From Gaiellaceae bacterium (GTDB lineage Bacteria; Actinomycetota; Thermoleophilia; Gaiellales; Gaiellaceae), in contig JAWVCW010000015.1 in assembly GCA_033857955.1 (NCBI GenBank), forward strand, positions 59,514 through 123,513: a stretch of 64,000 nt of DNA. The letters run 5' to 3'. Below the pieces are notes generated by a model that was not told the DNA's origin, searched no databases, and saw only the letters and a list, made by a program, of their open reading frames with translations. The first letter of the stretch is position 1. Every line of letters begins with the position of its first letter. The position numbers and the translations under genes were made by a program. Of the stretch, positions 1 through 9,054 are shown in pieces.

Positions 1-245
1 GCGGCAGCGAGCAGATCGACCTCACGCGCACCGAGTTCGCGCTGCTCGAGCTGTTCCTGCTCAACCCGCGACAGGTGCTGACAAGGTCGGTGATCTTCGA
101 GCGCGTCTGGGGCTACGACTTCGGCTTCGGGTCGAACTCGCTCGACGTCTACATCGGCTATCTCCGGCGGAAGACGGAGGAGGGCGGCAAGCCGCGGCTG
201 ATCCAGACGATCCGCGGCGTCGGCTACGCCCTGCGCGAGCCATGA
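1..245 (+). CDS. OmpR/PhoB-family response regulator, C-terminal winged-helix part (5' end lies outside the window)
   Basis: Reading from nt 3 gives [80 protein letters not shown], with TGA at 243-245. A histidine kinase follows. Confidence 0.85.
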   Translation, partial: GSEQIDLTRTEFALLELFLLNPRQVLTRSVIFERVWGYDFGFGSNSLDVYIGYLRRKTEEGGKPRLIQTIRGVGYALREP

Positions 246-273
246 GCGTCGCGAGCCTTCGGCCCGCTCCCGT

Positions 274-295
274 GGGGGAACTTCCAAGTTCCCCC
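274..295. promoter_or_regulatory. Perfect palindrome GGGGGAACTT-CC-AAGTTCCCCC in the gap between regulator and kinase
   Basis: The 10-nt arms are exact reverse complements, read directly from the sequence. Confidence 0.55.
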
Positions 296-305
296 CCACC
301 CCCGG

Positions 306-338
306 AAGCTCATAGGCCGAAAGTCGGCCTATGAGCTT
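306..338 (+). promoter_or_regulatory. Perfect 15-bp hairpin (loop AAG) that encloses the kinase start codon
   Basis: AAGCTCATAGGCCGA (306-320) pairs exactly with TCGGCCTATGAGCTT (324-338). The ATG at 331-333 lies in the 3' arm. Confidence 0.6.
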
Positions 339-1674
339 TCGCACGCGACTGACGCTGGCTGCGGCGGCTGCAGTCGCCGTGGCGGTCGTCGGCGCCTCCG
401 CGACGACCTACGCGATCGTCCGGAACGAGTTGCGCGACGATGTGGACGCGACGCTCCAGTCGCGGGCACGCGAGCTCCCCGCACATATCGAGGTGGTCGA
501 GGGGCCGGGTGGCGAGCAATTCGTCGGGCTGCCCCCTGAGCGCTTCGGTGGCGTTGCTGTCTTCACCCAAGCCGTGCGCCAGGACGGCACCGTGATAACT
601 CCCCCGCGCACAGCCGGAAAGCTCCCGGTGTCCAAGCGTGCTCTCGAGGCCGCAGGCGGCAAGATCGACAAGCCGTTCTACGAGGACGCACACGTCGAGG
701 GGATACACGTCCGCGTGCTCACGATCCCGGCCGGCGGGGGCTATGCGATCCAGGTGGCCCGCTCGCTCGAGGAGGTGGACAGGACCCTCGGGCCGATCAA
801 GCGCTGGCTGATCGCCATTGCTCTCGTCGGGATCGCCATTGCGGCAGGGCTGGGGCTTCTCGTCGCGCGGGCGGTGCTCGCACCGGTGCGAAGACTCACC
901 CGAGCTGCCGAGGACGTTTCGGAGACAGGCGATCTCTCACAACGGATCGACGCGGGCGGCAAGGACGAGCTCTCGCGGCTCGCCTCCACGTTCAACACGA
1001 TGCTCGAGGCGCTCGAGGGCTCGGCCCGCGCGCAGCGGCAGCTCGTCTCTGACGCCTCGCACGAGCTGCGGACGCCGCTGACGAGCCTGCGCACCAACAT
1101 CGAGGTGCTTGCGCGCGACCAGGCGCTGCCGCCGGGCGACCGCGAGCAGCTCCTGCGCGACGTCACCGAGCAGCTCACCGAGATGACTGCCCTGATCGCT
1201 GAGCTCGTCGAGCTGGCGCGCGGCGATCTCACGCCGACCGACCCCGAGGACGTGCGGCTCGATCTCATCGCGGCCGACGCGATCGAGCGAACGCGGCGGA
1301 ACCGGCCGGGCGTCTCGTTCAAGCCCGAGCTTGACGAGTCGCTGATCCGAGGCGTCCCGGCGACGATCGAGCGTGCCGTCTCGAACCTGCTCGACAACGC
1401 GGCGAAGTGGAGTCCGCCCGACGGCGAGATCGAGGTGACGGTGCGCGACGGCGAGGTCACGGTGCGCGACCACGGGCCGGGGATCGACGAGGAGGATCTC
1501 CCCTTCGTCTTCGACCGCTTCTACCGCGCTCCCGCCGCCCGCGGCAGGCCAGGCTCGGGCCTGGGGCTCGCGATCGTCCGCCAGGTGGCAGAGGCGCACG
1601 GCGGGACTGTCACGGCCGAGCCGGCCTCGGGCGGCGGCACGCTGATGCGGCTGAGGCTCCTGACCAAGTCTTAG
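331..1674 (+). CDS. Sensor histidine kinase (TM, HAMP, HisKA, HATPase_c), MprB/MtrB-like
   Basis: N-terminal TM segment, a second TM followed by a HAMP-like stretch, H-box SHELRTPLTSLRTNIEVL, N-box LLDNAAKW and G-boxes DHGPGI and GSGLGLAIV. Confidence 0.93.
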   Translation: MSFRTRLTLAAAAAVAVAVVGASATTYAIVRNELRDDVDATLQSRARELPAHIEVVEGPGGEQFVGLPPERFGGVAVFTQAVRQDGTVITPPRTAGKLPVSKRALEAAGGKIDKPFYEDAHVEGIHVRVLTIPAGGGYAIQVARSLEEVDRTLGPIKRWLIAIALVGIAIAAGLGLLVARAVLAPVRRLTRAAEDVSETGDLSQRIDAGGKDELSRLASTFNTMLEALEGSARAQRQLVSDASHELRTPLTSLRTNIEVLARDQALPPGDREQLLRDVTEQLTEMTALIAELVELARGDLTPTDPEDVRLDLIAADAIERTRRNRPGVSFKPELDESLIRGVPATIERAVSNLLDNAAKWSPPDGEIEVTVRDGEVTVRDHGPGIDEEDLPFVFDRFYRAPAARGRPGSGLGLAIVRQVAEAHGGTVTAEPASGGGTLMRLRLLTKS

Positions 1675-1759
1675 GAACTTCTTCGGAAGCGCTCAGGAAG
1701 CTCTTAGGTCGCGCTGTTCCACTGGGAAGCGTCAATTCCACTCCCGAAGGAGCAGTGAG

Positions 1760-2416
1760 ATGCAGAACACGAAGTTCAAGCTCGCAAGCGCCACCGCTGT
1801 CGTGGCAGGTCTCGTCGGCGGCGGCGCCGCAGTCGCCGCCGACCGGCTCTCGCCGAAGCAGGAGAGCGACGCAATCGTCGCGGACGCGGCGAAGCAGCTC
1901 GGCGTCGACGCCTCGAAGCTCGACGCAGCGCTGAAGAAGGCGCTCGACAACCGCGTCGACGCTGCCGTGGCGGCCGGGCAGATCACCAAGGCCCAGGGCG
2001 ACCAGATGAAGGCGCGCATCGCCGCCGGCGACGTGCCGCTCGTCGGCGGCGGGCCGGGTCGCGGCGTCCACGGCGGGGGCGGCCACCGCTTCGCCGACCT
2101 CGGTGCCGCGGCGAGCTACCTCGGCGTCACGGAAGCTGCGCTGCAGACGAGCCTCAGCGACGGCTCCACCCTTGCCGAGGTCGCGCAGGCGAAAGGCAAG
2201 TCCGTCGACGGGCTGAAGGCCGCGCTGCTCACGGCGGCGAAAGCCGACCTCGCGCAGGCCGTGAAGGACGGGCGGCTGACCGCCGCACAGGAGACGGAGA
2301 TGCTCGCGAGCCTTCCCGCCCGGATCACCGACCTCGTCAACGGCGACCTCGGCCCGCGCGGTCACGACGGCCGCTCGAACGGCTTCGAAGGCGCACCCCA
2401 GGCCGGGGACGCCTAA
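1760..2416 (+). CDS. Secreted or membrane-anchored protein with internal helical repeats (paralog A of 3639-4319)
   Basis: RBS GAAGGAG lies upstream. N-terminal hydrophobic segment. AADRLSPKQESDAIVADAAKQLGVDASKLDAALKKALDNRVDAAVAAGQITKAQGDQMKARI aligns with the downstream paralog. Confidence 0.75.
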   Translation: MQNTKFKLASATAVVAGLVGGGAAVAADRLSPKQESDAIVADAAKQLGVDASKLDAALKKALDNRVDAAVAAGQITKAQGDQMKARIAAGDVPLVGGGPGRGVHGGGGHRFADLGAAASYLGVTEAALQTSLSDGSTLAEVAQAKGKSVDGLKAALLTAAKADLAQAVKDGRLTAAQETEMLASLPARITDLVNGDLGPRGHDGRSNGFEGAPQAGDA

Positions 2417-2428
2417 CGACCCCCTACT

Positions 2429-2458
2429 GCCCCGGCTCGCCTTCCCCCGGGCCGGGGC
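2429..2458 (+). terminator. GC-rich hairpin followed by a T-rich tract
   Basis: GCCCCGGC ... GCCGGGGC, followed by GGTCAATGTTCTCTTTT. Confidence 0.5.
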
Positions 2459-2488
2459 GGTCAATGTTCTCTTTTGGAAAGGAACGTC

Positions 2489-3571
2489 ATGCGTAAGCTC
2501 CTCAAGAATCCCAGGACGATGCTCGCCACCGCGATGACGAGCGCGGCGCTGATCGGAGCCGCCGGCGTCGCGGCCGTCTACACCGCATTCGGCTCCGACA
2601 CCACCCCCGTCGTACAGCAGGTCACGGTCGGCAGCGGTGCTCAGGCGACCGCAAGCTCGACGAGCTCTGTCGCCTCGATCTACAGCCGCACGTACAAGTC
2701 GGTGGTCGAGGTCACGGTCTCCGCAGCGGCCAACGGGTCGCAGTTCGGCGGCGGTGGAACTCAGCAGGCACAGGGCTCCGGCTTCGTCTACGACGACCAG
2801 GGCCACGTGATCACGAACCAGCATGTCGTCGACGGCGCCCAGTCGGTCAAGGTGACGCTCTGGAACGGCAAGAGCTACGACGCACGGGTCGTCGGCACCG
2901 ACCCATCGACCGACGTCGCCGTGCTGAAGGTCGATGCGCCGGCGTCGGCCCTCCAGCCGCTCGCGTTCGCCGACTCCTCCTCGCTCGTCGTTGGTGACGG
3001 CCTCGTCGCCATCGGCAGCCCGTTCGGGCTCGAGGAAACGGTCACGACCGGCATCGTGAGCGCGCTCCACCGGGAGATCACCGCCCCGAACGGCTTCGCG
3101 ATCCCCGACGCCATCCAGACCGACGCCGCCATCAACCACGGCAACTCCGGTGGCCCGCTGCTCGACATGAGTGGGCACGTCGTCGGTGTCACCTCGCAGA
3201 TCGAGAGCGAGTCGGGCGGGAACGACGGCGTCGGCTTCGCCGTCTCCTCGGACACGGTCAAGCGAATCGCGAACGCGCTGATCTCGAACGGGTCGGTCGA
3301 CCACGCCTACCTCGGCGTTGCGACGGAGACCTCCACGAGCCCGGCCGGCGCCCTGATCAAGACCGTCCGCGCGGGAACACCGGCCGCGGCGGCGAAGCTC
3401 GTCGCGAAGGATGTCGTGACCGCAGTCGACGGCGAGAAGGTCAGCTCCTCGGACAAGCTGCGCGAGCTCATCGACGCTCACCAGCCGGGCGATTCGGTAG
3501 CGCTGACCGTCTTGCGGAACGGCAGCACGACCTCGCTCAAGGTGGTGCTCGGAACCCGCCCGAACGCCTGA
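2489..3571 (+). CDS. htrA: HtrA/DegP-family trypsin-like serine protease with a C-terminal PDZ domain (PepD-like)
   Basis: Catalytic triad context: TNQHVV, STDVAVLKV, GNSGGPLLD. N-terminal TM anchor. ATG 2489 follows GGAAAGG; the track ORF begins at an upstream TTG (2474). Confidence 0.93.
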   Translation: MRKLLKNPRTMLATAMTSAALIGAAGVAAVYTAFGSDTTPVVQQVTVGSGAQATASSTSSVASIYSRTYKSVVEVTVSAAANGSQFGGGGTQQAQGSGFVYDDQGHVITNQHVVDGAQSVKVTLWNGKSYDARVVGTDPSTDVAVLKVDAPASALQPLAFADSSSLVVGDGLVAIGSPFGLEETVTTGIVSALHREITAPNGFAIPDAIQTDAAINHGNSGGPLLDMSGHVVGVTSQIESESGGNDGVGFAVSSDTVKRIANALISNGSVDHAYLGVATETSTSPAGALIKTVRAGTPAAAAKLVAKDVVTAVDGEKVSSSDKLRELIDAHQPGDSVALTVLRNGSTTSLKVVLGTRPNA

Positions 3572-3638
3572 CGCTCTTAGGTCTCTCTTAGGTGAGCTTG
3601 CTGAAATGCGGTCCAGACACCCGTCGAAGGAGCACACC

Positions 3639-4319
3639 ATGAAGAAGAGGTCGAAGATCGCAGCCGGCGCCGGCGCCGCTCTCGCGGTGGTCGGCGCCGG
3701 CGCGGCCGTGGCAGCCGACCGGCTGACGCCGAAAGCGGAGAGCCAGGCGGTCGTCAACGACGCGGCGAAGCAACTCGGCGTCGACCCCGCCAAGCTGAGC
3801 GACGCGCTCGAGCAGGCGCTGAAGAACCGGATCGACGCCGCAGTAGAGGACGGACGGCTGACCAAGGAGCAGGGCGAGGCGATGAAGAACCGCATCTCCT
3901 CGGCGGCGTTCCCGCTCTTCATCGGCCCCGGCTTCGACCGTGCGAGCAGGCCGCATCGCGGGTTCGGTCACCACTGGGGCCGCGACCTCGACGCCGCCGC
4001 GGCCTACCTCGGCCTGAGCGAATCGGAGCTCGATGCGGCGCTGGACGGCGGCAAGTCGCTAGCGCAGATCGCCAAGGACAAGGGCAAGCCGGCCGACAAG
4101 CTCGTCGACGCCCTCGTCACGGCCGCGACGAAGCGGCTCGACCAGGCGGTCACGGACGGCCGTCTGACGAAGACGGAGCGCGACAAGATCGTGGCGGGCC
4201 TGAGGGAGCAGACGACGGCGATCGTGAACGGCACGGCGCCGCCGGATGGCTTCCGCTTCCGTGAGCATCGCGGCGGTGACGGCTTCTTCCCGGGCGGCCC
4301 TCGCCGCGACGACGGCTAG
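3639..4319 (+). CDS. Secreted or membrane-anchored helical-repeat protein (paralog B of 1760-2416)
   Basis: RBS GAAGGAG precedes ATG 3639 (MKKRSKIAAGAG...). AADRLTPKAESQAVVNDAAKQLGVDPAKLSDALEQALKNRIDAAVEDGRLTKEQGEAMKNRI. Confidence 0.75.
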   Translation: MKKRSKIAAGAGAALAVVGAGAAVAADRLTPKAESQAVVNDAAKQLGVDPAKLSDALEQALKNRIDAAVEDGRLTKEQGEAMKNRISSAAFPLFIGPGFDRASRPHRGFGHHWGRDLDAAAAYLGLSESELDAALDGGKSLAQIAKDKGKPADKLVDALVTAATKRLDQAVTDGRLTKTERDKIVAGLREQTTAIVNGTAPPDGFRFREHRGGDGFFPGGPRRDDG

Positions 4320-6520
4320 GAGGGCGTGACGCGGTAGGCGTCGAAGACGCCCTCGAGGTTCCGCAGGACGTTCAGGAGGGCGCGCAGCTCCTTCAGGTCA
4401 CCGACCTCGGCGGTGTACCAGTTGCGCGCCATCCCGTCCTCCACGAGGCCACCGTACGAGACGATGTTGGCGCCGTGCTCGGCGAAGCTGCGGGCGACGT
4501 CCTCGAGCAGGCGCGCCCGGTCGAACGAGTCGACGGCGATCTGGACCCGGAAGCTGCTGGTCGTCGCGCCGGCATCCCATTCGACCGGCGTGAACCGCTC
4601 GGGGTTCCGCATCAGCGCCTTCGCGTTCGGGCAGTCCTCGCGGTGGATCGTGATTCCGCGGCCGAGCGAGATGTAGCCGAGAATCGGGTCGCCCGGCACC
4701 GGCGTGCAGCACTTCGCGAGCCGGACGAGCACGTCGTCAAGCCCCTGCACCCTGATCCCAAGACTGTCGCCGGCGACGGTCGAGCGCGCCCTCGGCGGCT
4801 TCAGCGGGACAAGTGCCTCCTCGGCGACCTCGTCGGTCTTCAGCCGCTGCAGCACCTTGTTGACGATCTGGCCCGACTGCAGCTTGCCGGCACCGAGCGC
4901 GATGTAGAAATCCTCCGCCTTGCGGAAGCCGGTCTCGCGGATCACCTGCGCCAGCACCGCCGAGCCCTGGAGCTTCCGGTAGGGCAGGCTCTGCGCCTTC
5001 AGCGCGTTGTCGAGGATCTCGCGGCCCTTGGCCTCCGTCTCGCCCCGCGTCTCGCGCTGGAACCACTGCCGGATCTTGTTGCGGGCACGTGAGGACGCGG
5101 CGAGGCTCATCCAGTCGCGCGACGGCCCGCGGCCCGACTTCGACGTCAGGATCTCGACGAAATCGCCGTTCTTGAGCCGGTAGTGGAGCGGCACGATCCG
5201 GCCGTTGATCTTGGCGCCGACCGTCTTGTGCCCGACATCGGTGTGCACGGCATACGCGAAGTCGATCGGCGTCGCGCCCTGCGGCAGCGTCTTCACCTCG
5301 CCCTTCGGCGTGAAGACGTACACCTCGTCGTCGAAGAGGTCGGTGCGGAACGTCTTCATGAACTCGCGCGGATCGGCCTCGTTCTCCTGCCAGTCCATCA
5401 GCGACTTCACCCAGACAAGCCAGTCGTCGTCGGCCGTCCCCTTGCCGCGCTTGTACAGCCAGTGGGCGGCGATCCCGTACTCGGCCTCCTCGTGCATCTG
5501 GCGCGTCCGCACTTGGATCTCGAGCGGCGTGCCCTCGGGCCCGATCACGGTCGTGTGGAGCGAGCGATAGCGGTTGAACTTCGGCATCGCGATGAAGTCC
5601 TTGAACCGCCCGGGCATCGGCTTCCAGAGCGAATGGATCAGGCCGAGCGCGCCGTAGCAGTCGCGCGTTCCCTCGTCGCCGGCGCGCTCGACGGTCACGC
5701 GCATCGCGGTCAGGTCGTAGATCTCGTTGAACTCGCGGCCCTTCTTGGCCATCTTGTCGTAGATCGAGTAGAAGTGCTTCGCGCGACCCGCGATCTCGGC
5801 CGGAATGTCGACCTTCGCCAGCTCGACGCCGAGGACCTCGCCCGCCTTCTCGACCGCAGCCTCTCGGTCGGCACGGCGGTCGGCGACCATCGCCTTGATC
5901 TCCGCGTACTTGCGCGGATGCAGGATCTCGAACGAGCGGTCCTCGAGCTCCCACTTCATCGCGTGGATTCCGAGCCGGTGCGCGAGCGGCGCGTAGACCT
6001 CGAGCGTCTCCTTCGCCTTGCGCACCTGGGCCTGCTTTCCCTGGTACTCGATCGTGCGCATGTTGTGGAGCCGGTCGGCGAGCTTGATCAGGATCACGCG
6101 CACGTCCTGCGCCATCGCCACGATCATCTTGCGGTAGTTCTCCGCGTCGGACTGCTCGCGGGTCTGGAAGCTCGTCCGGGTCAGCTTGGTGACACCCTCG
6201 ACGAGCTGGGCGATCTCGTCGCCGAACTCGGCGCGTAGCTCGTCCGGCTCGATCTCGGTGTCCTCGACGACGTCGTGCAGCAGCGCGGCCGCGAGGGATG
6301 GATCGTCGAGATGGAGCTCGGCGCAGATCTTCGCGACCGCCCAGGGGTGGTGCACGAACGGCTCGCCGGAGCTTCGCGCCTGGCCTTCGTGCGCCGTGGC
6401 TGCAAAGCGAAACGCCCGGGCGAGGAGTTCCTTGTCGACGCCCGGGTTGTACTCCTCGACCGCCGCAATCAACTCGTCGACCAGGTCCTGGTGATGACGT
6501 TCGACGTCGACTACCGCCAT
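4316..6520 (-). CDS. relA: Bifunctional (p)ppGpp synthetase/hydrolase of the RelA/SpoT family
   Basis: HD domain (HEGQ...HHPWAV...LHDVVEDT), synthetase domain (RFKDFIAMPKFNRYRSLHTTV), TGS domain (VYVFTPKGEVKTLPQGATPIDFAYAVH) and a C-terminal ACT-like region. ATG 6520 is preferred over the upstream TTG at 6580. Confidence 0.95.
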   Translation of the reverse strand: MAVVDVERHHQDLVDELIAAVEEYNPGVDKELLARAFRFAATAHEGQARSSGEPFVHHPWAVAKICAELHLDDPSLAAALLHDVVEDTEIEPDELRAEFGDEIAQLVEGVTKLTRTSFQTREQSDAENYRKMIVAMAQDVRVILIKLADRLHNMRTIEYQGKQAQVRKAKETLEVYAPLAHRLGIHAMKWELEDRSFEILHPRKYAEIKAMVADRRADREAAVEKAGEVLGVELAKVDIPAEIAGRAKHFYSIYDKMAKKGREFNEIYDLTAMRVTVERAGDEGTRDCYGALGLIHSLWKPMPGRFKDFIAMPKFNRYRSLHTTVIGPEGTPLEIQVRTRQMHEEAEYGIAAHWLYKRGKGTADDDWLVWVKSLMDWQENEADPREFMKTFRTDLFDDEVYVFTPKGEVKTLPQGATPIDFAYAVHTDVGHKTVGAKINGRIVPLHYRLKNGDFVEILTSKSGRGPSRDWMSLAASSRARNKIRQWFQRETRGETEAKGREILDNALKAQSLPYRKLQGSAVLAQVIRETGFRKAEDFYIALGAGKLQSGQIVNKVLQRLKTDEVAEEALVPLKPPRARSTVAGDSLGIRVQGLDDVLVRLAKCCTPVPGDPILGYISLGRGITIHREDCPNAKALMRNPERFTPVEWDAGATTSSFRVQIAVDSFDRARLLEDVARSFAEHGANIVSYGGLVEDGMARNWYTAEVGDLKELRALLNVLRNLEGVFDAYRVTPS

Positions 6521-6721
6521 CAACCCAGTGTACTCGCCGTGTCTAAGGGCGAATCTCCCCCGGAGGAGTACGCGTTGCAAGAGAGAACGATGCCGTCCGT
6601 GACGTTCTCAGACCGCCGCCGCGATCGCAAAGCGCGCAAGCTCGCGCGCCTGCTCCTGTCGCTGGACGAGTCTGCCCGCGCGGCGCGCCGCGAGGCGCCG
6701 AGGAAGTCTCTGCGAGCGTCG

Positions 6722-8611
6722 CTAGGCGGCGCGCGGTAGCGCGTCGTCGCGCTCGACGCCGGCCAGCAGCGCCCTGAACGCGTCCGACTCGTAGAGCTGC
6801 CTTCGCGCACCCTCGGCGAGCTCGAGCTCCAGGAAGATCACCCGCGCGTCCGCCGTCCAGGCGTCCTCTCCCGCCTTCCAGAGCGCAGCGAGGCTCCCGC
6901 GCAGCTCCTCGTACCCTTCTGGTGCGTCGAAGAGCCGCCGGATCACGAGCTGTGGCGCGACCGTGCCGTTCCACCGGTTCTCCTTCAGTCGGCACGCGAG
7001 GTCGTAGCGCACGGGCCGGCGCATCCGGTCGAGCTGGGCACCGAGGCCGAACGCGATCGCTGAGCCGGCATCCAGGCCACCCTGTCGCACGCGGAACCGG
7101 AGGTGCTTGCCCTCCCCCACCACACCCGGCTGCACGGCCTCGCAGGCGGGCACGAGCAACGTCACGTCTGGGTTGCCGAGCCCGAACGGGGCGAGCCGCT
7201 CGAGCTCCGTCGCGAGACCGAGCGTGAGCGCCGAGCCGGGGACGATCGCGTCGATCCGCGTCACCTGCGCGAGGTCCGTCTCGACGAGATTCGCATCGGC
7301 GTGGGCGGCGAACGCTTCGAAGAAGGCTTCGAGCTTCTCCGGCTGGATCGCGAGCCCGGCGGCAGCCTTGTGGCCGCCGAAGCGATGCAGGTGCTCGGAG
7401 CAGGCCGAGAGCGCGCCGTGAAGGTCGAACGCGGGCAGCGAGCGTCCCGATCCCTTCCATACAGAGTCCGTACCGGCGATCAGGACGACCGGCCGGTTGA
7501 AGCGCTCGACGAGGCGCGACGCCACGATCCCGATCACGCCCTCGTGCCAGTCCTCGCCCCAGATCACGTAACCGCGCCGGCGCTGCTTCGACTCGGGCCA
7601 TGACCCGACCTCGGCGATCGCCGCTCGCAGGATCCGGTTCTCGACCGCCTGCCGGTCCTGGTTCAGGAGCTCGAGCTCGCCGGCGAGCCGCTTTGCCTCC
7701 TCGACGTCGGTCGTGAGCAGCAGCTCCAGAGCGGCGTCGGGGCGCCCCAGGCGGCCGGCGGCGTTGATCCGCGGGGCGAGCCGGAAGCCGACGGCGGAGG
7801 CGTCGACGGCCGCGGGGTCGACTCTGGCGTTCCGCATCAGCGCCTGGAGGCCCGGACGCTGGGTCCGGGCGAGCGCGCGCAGCCCGGCGATCGCGAGCGA
7901 GCGGTTCTCGTCGAGCAGCGGGACGACGTCGGCGATCGTCGCGAGCGCAACGAGGTCGAGGTACGGCGCGACGTCGACGCCCAGCGCCTGCGCGAGCTTG
8001 CAGACGACACCGGTGCCGCAGAGCTCCGGGAATGGATAGTCCGAGGGCCGGGTCGCGACGACGGGACAGTCGGGCAGCGTGGTACTGCCGTCTGAACTTC
8101 GTGTGGGCCGGTGGTGGTCGGTGACGATCACGTCGAGCCCACGTGCCTTCGCGGCCGCGACCTCTTCGACCGCCGTGATCCCGCAATCGACGGTCACGAG
8201 CAGGCTGCAGCCCTCGTCGGCGAGCCGCGAGATCGTGTCGCCAGAGACGCCGTAGCCCTCCTCGAAGCGGCTCGGCAGATGCCAGTCGACCTCGGCGCCG
8301 AGCTTGCGGAGCGTCAGAACCGCGAGCGCCGTGGCACAGATGCCGTCGACGTCGTAGTCGCCGTGGACGCAGATCCGCTTCCCGTCGGCGATCGCCCTGC
8401 GGATGCGATCGACCGCTGCCGCCATGTCTCCGAGCAGGAACGGGTCGTGCGGCGCGATCTCACCGGTGACGAACGCCCGCGCCTGCCGGACGTCGCGATA
8501 CCCGCGCCGGACGAGAATCGATGCGGTGATCTCACCGACCTCGAGCGCATCGGCCAGCACCTTGACGTCGGCATAGTCGCACGGGTCGATCTTCCAGGAG
8601 CCGTCTTGCAT
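6722..8611 (-). CDS. recJ: Single-stranded-DNA-specific exonuclease RecJ
   Basis: DHH motifs HGDYDVDGICATA, VTVDCG and VTDHH, plus a DHHA1 region (GGHKAAAG). Confidence 0.93.
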   Translation of the reverse strand: MQDGSWKIDPCDYADVKVLADALEVGEITASILVRRGYRDVRQARAFVTGEIAPHDPFLLGDMAAAVDRIRRAIADGKRICVHGDYDVDGICATALAVLTLRKLGAEVDWHLPSRFEEGYGVSGDTISRLADEGCSLLVTVDCGITAVEEVAAAKARGLDVIVTDHHRPTRSSDGSTTLPDCPVVATRPSDYPFPELCGTGVVCKLAQALGVDVAPYLDLVALATIADVVPLLDENRSLAIAGLRALARTQRPGLQALMRNARVDPAAVDASAVGFRLAPRINAAGRLGRPDAALELLLTTDVEEAKRLAGELELLNQDRQAVENRILRAAIAEVGSWPESKQRRRGYVIWGEDWHEGVIGIVASRLVERFNRPVVLIAGTDSVWKGSGRSLPAFDLHGALSACSEHLHRFGGHKAAAGLAIQPEKLEAFFEAFAAHADANLVETDLAQVTRIDAIVPGSALTLGLATELERLAPFGLGNPDVTLLVPACEAVQPGVVGEGKHLRFRVRQGGLDAGSAIAFGLGAQLDRMRRPVRYDLACRLKENRWNGTVAPQLVIRRLFDAPEGYEELRGSLAALWKAGEDAWTADARVIFLELELAEGARRQLYESDAFRALLAGVERDDALPRAA

Positions 8612-8677
8612 GGGTAATCGACGGTACGGGGACGGTCGGACGGCACCCGCGACGCCCCCGGCCCGTTCGGACCTGTC

Positions 8678-8802
8678 CGGGGTCAGACCCCGTCGTGTCC
8701 GGAACGGTCGATGCCCGCCCGCCGAAAGCGCTGCTCAGACGCGAGTCGAGGTGTGCGTCTGCGGCGGAAGCGGACATGTCGGGGGTCTGACCCCGGACAT
8801 GT
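8678..8802. repeat. Pair of GC palindromes sharing the core GGGGTC-N-GACCCC, upstream of recJ
   Basis: CGGGGTC-A-GACCCCG at 8678-8692. ACATGTCGGGGGTC-T-GACCCCGGACATGT at 8774-8802 has 14-nt arms with one mismatch. Both have GGAC(C/A)TGTC on the 5' side; the second repeats GGACATGT on its 3' side. Confidence 0.5.
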
Positions 8803-8822
8803 TCCGAAACGACGGCGTCGGG

Positions 8823-9029
8823 TTAGGGCTCGGTGTGGCCGCGGGCGCGCAGAGAATCGCGGATGACCTTGATCCAGAGAAGGATCACGCCAGCGAGCAG
8901 GCCGAGCGCCGCAACCGCGATCGGCGTGAAGAACGCCATCTCGGAGAGCGAGTATTTGGTCACCCACGTGCCGACGAACCAGACGACCAGGACGACGGCG
9001 ATCATCGGAATCACGAGCCGCCTGTCCAC
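8823..9029 (-). CDS. Small membrane protein with two TM segments (hypothetical)
   Basis: MDRRLVIPMIAVVLVVWFVGTW...IAVAALGLLAGVILLWI contains two hydrophobic helices. Confidence 0.55.
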   Translation of the reverse strand: MDRRLVIPMIAVVLVVWFVGTWVTKYSLSEMAFFTPIAVAALGLLAGVILLWIKVIRDSLRARGHTEP

Positions 9030-9054
9030 GGAGCGGAGGGTACCCTTTGAGCCG

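Noticed and set aside
1610-3922. A 770-aa minus-strand ORF. Similar long ORFs antisense to confident genes include 6543-8186 (-), 24104-25714 (+), 25880-27604 (-), 37939-40137 (+), 40620-42020 (+), 42002-43771 (+), 52097-53896 (+) and 57169-59019 (+).
   Set aside because: These are shadow ORFs, which are typical of very GC-rich DNA. Their translations are dominated by Arg, Pro, Ala and Gly with no recognisable motifs. The opposite strand or another frame carries clear domain signatures and correct GC3 bias.
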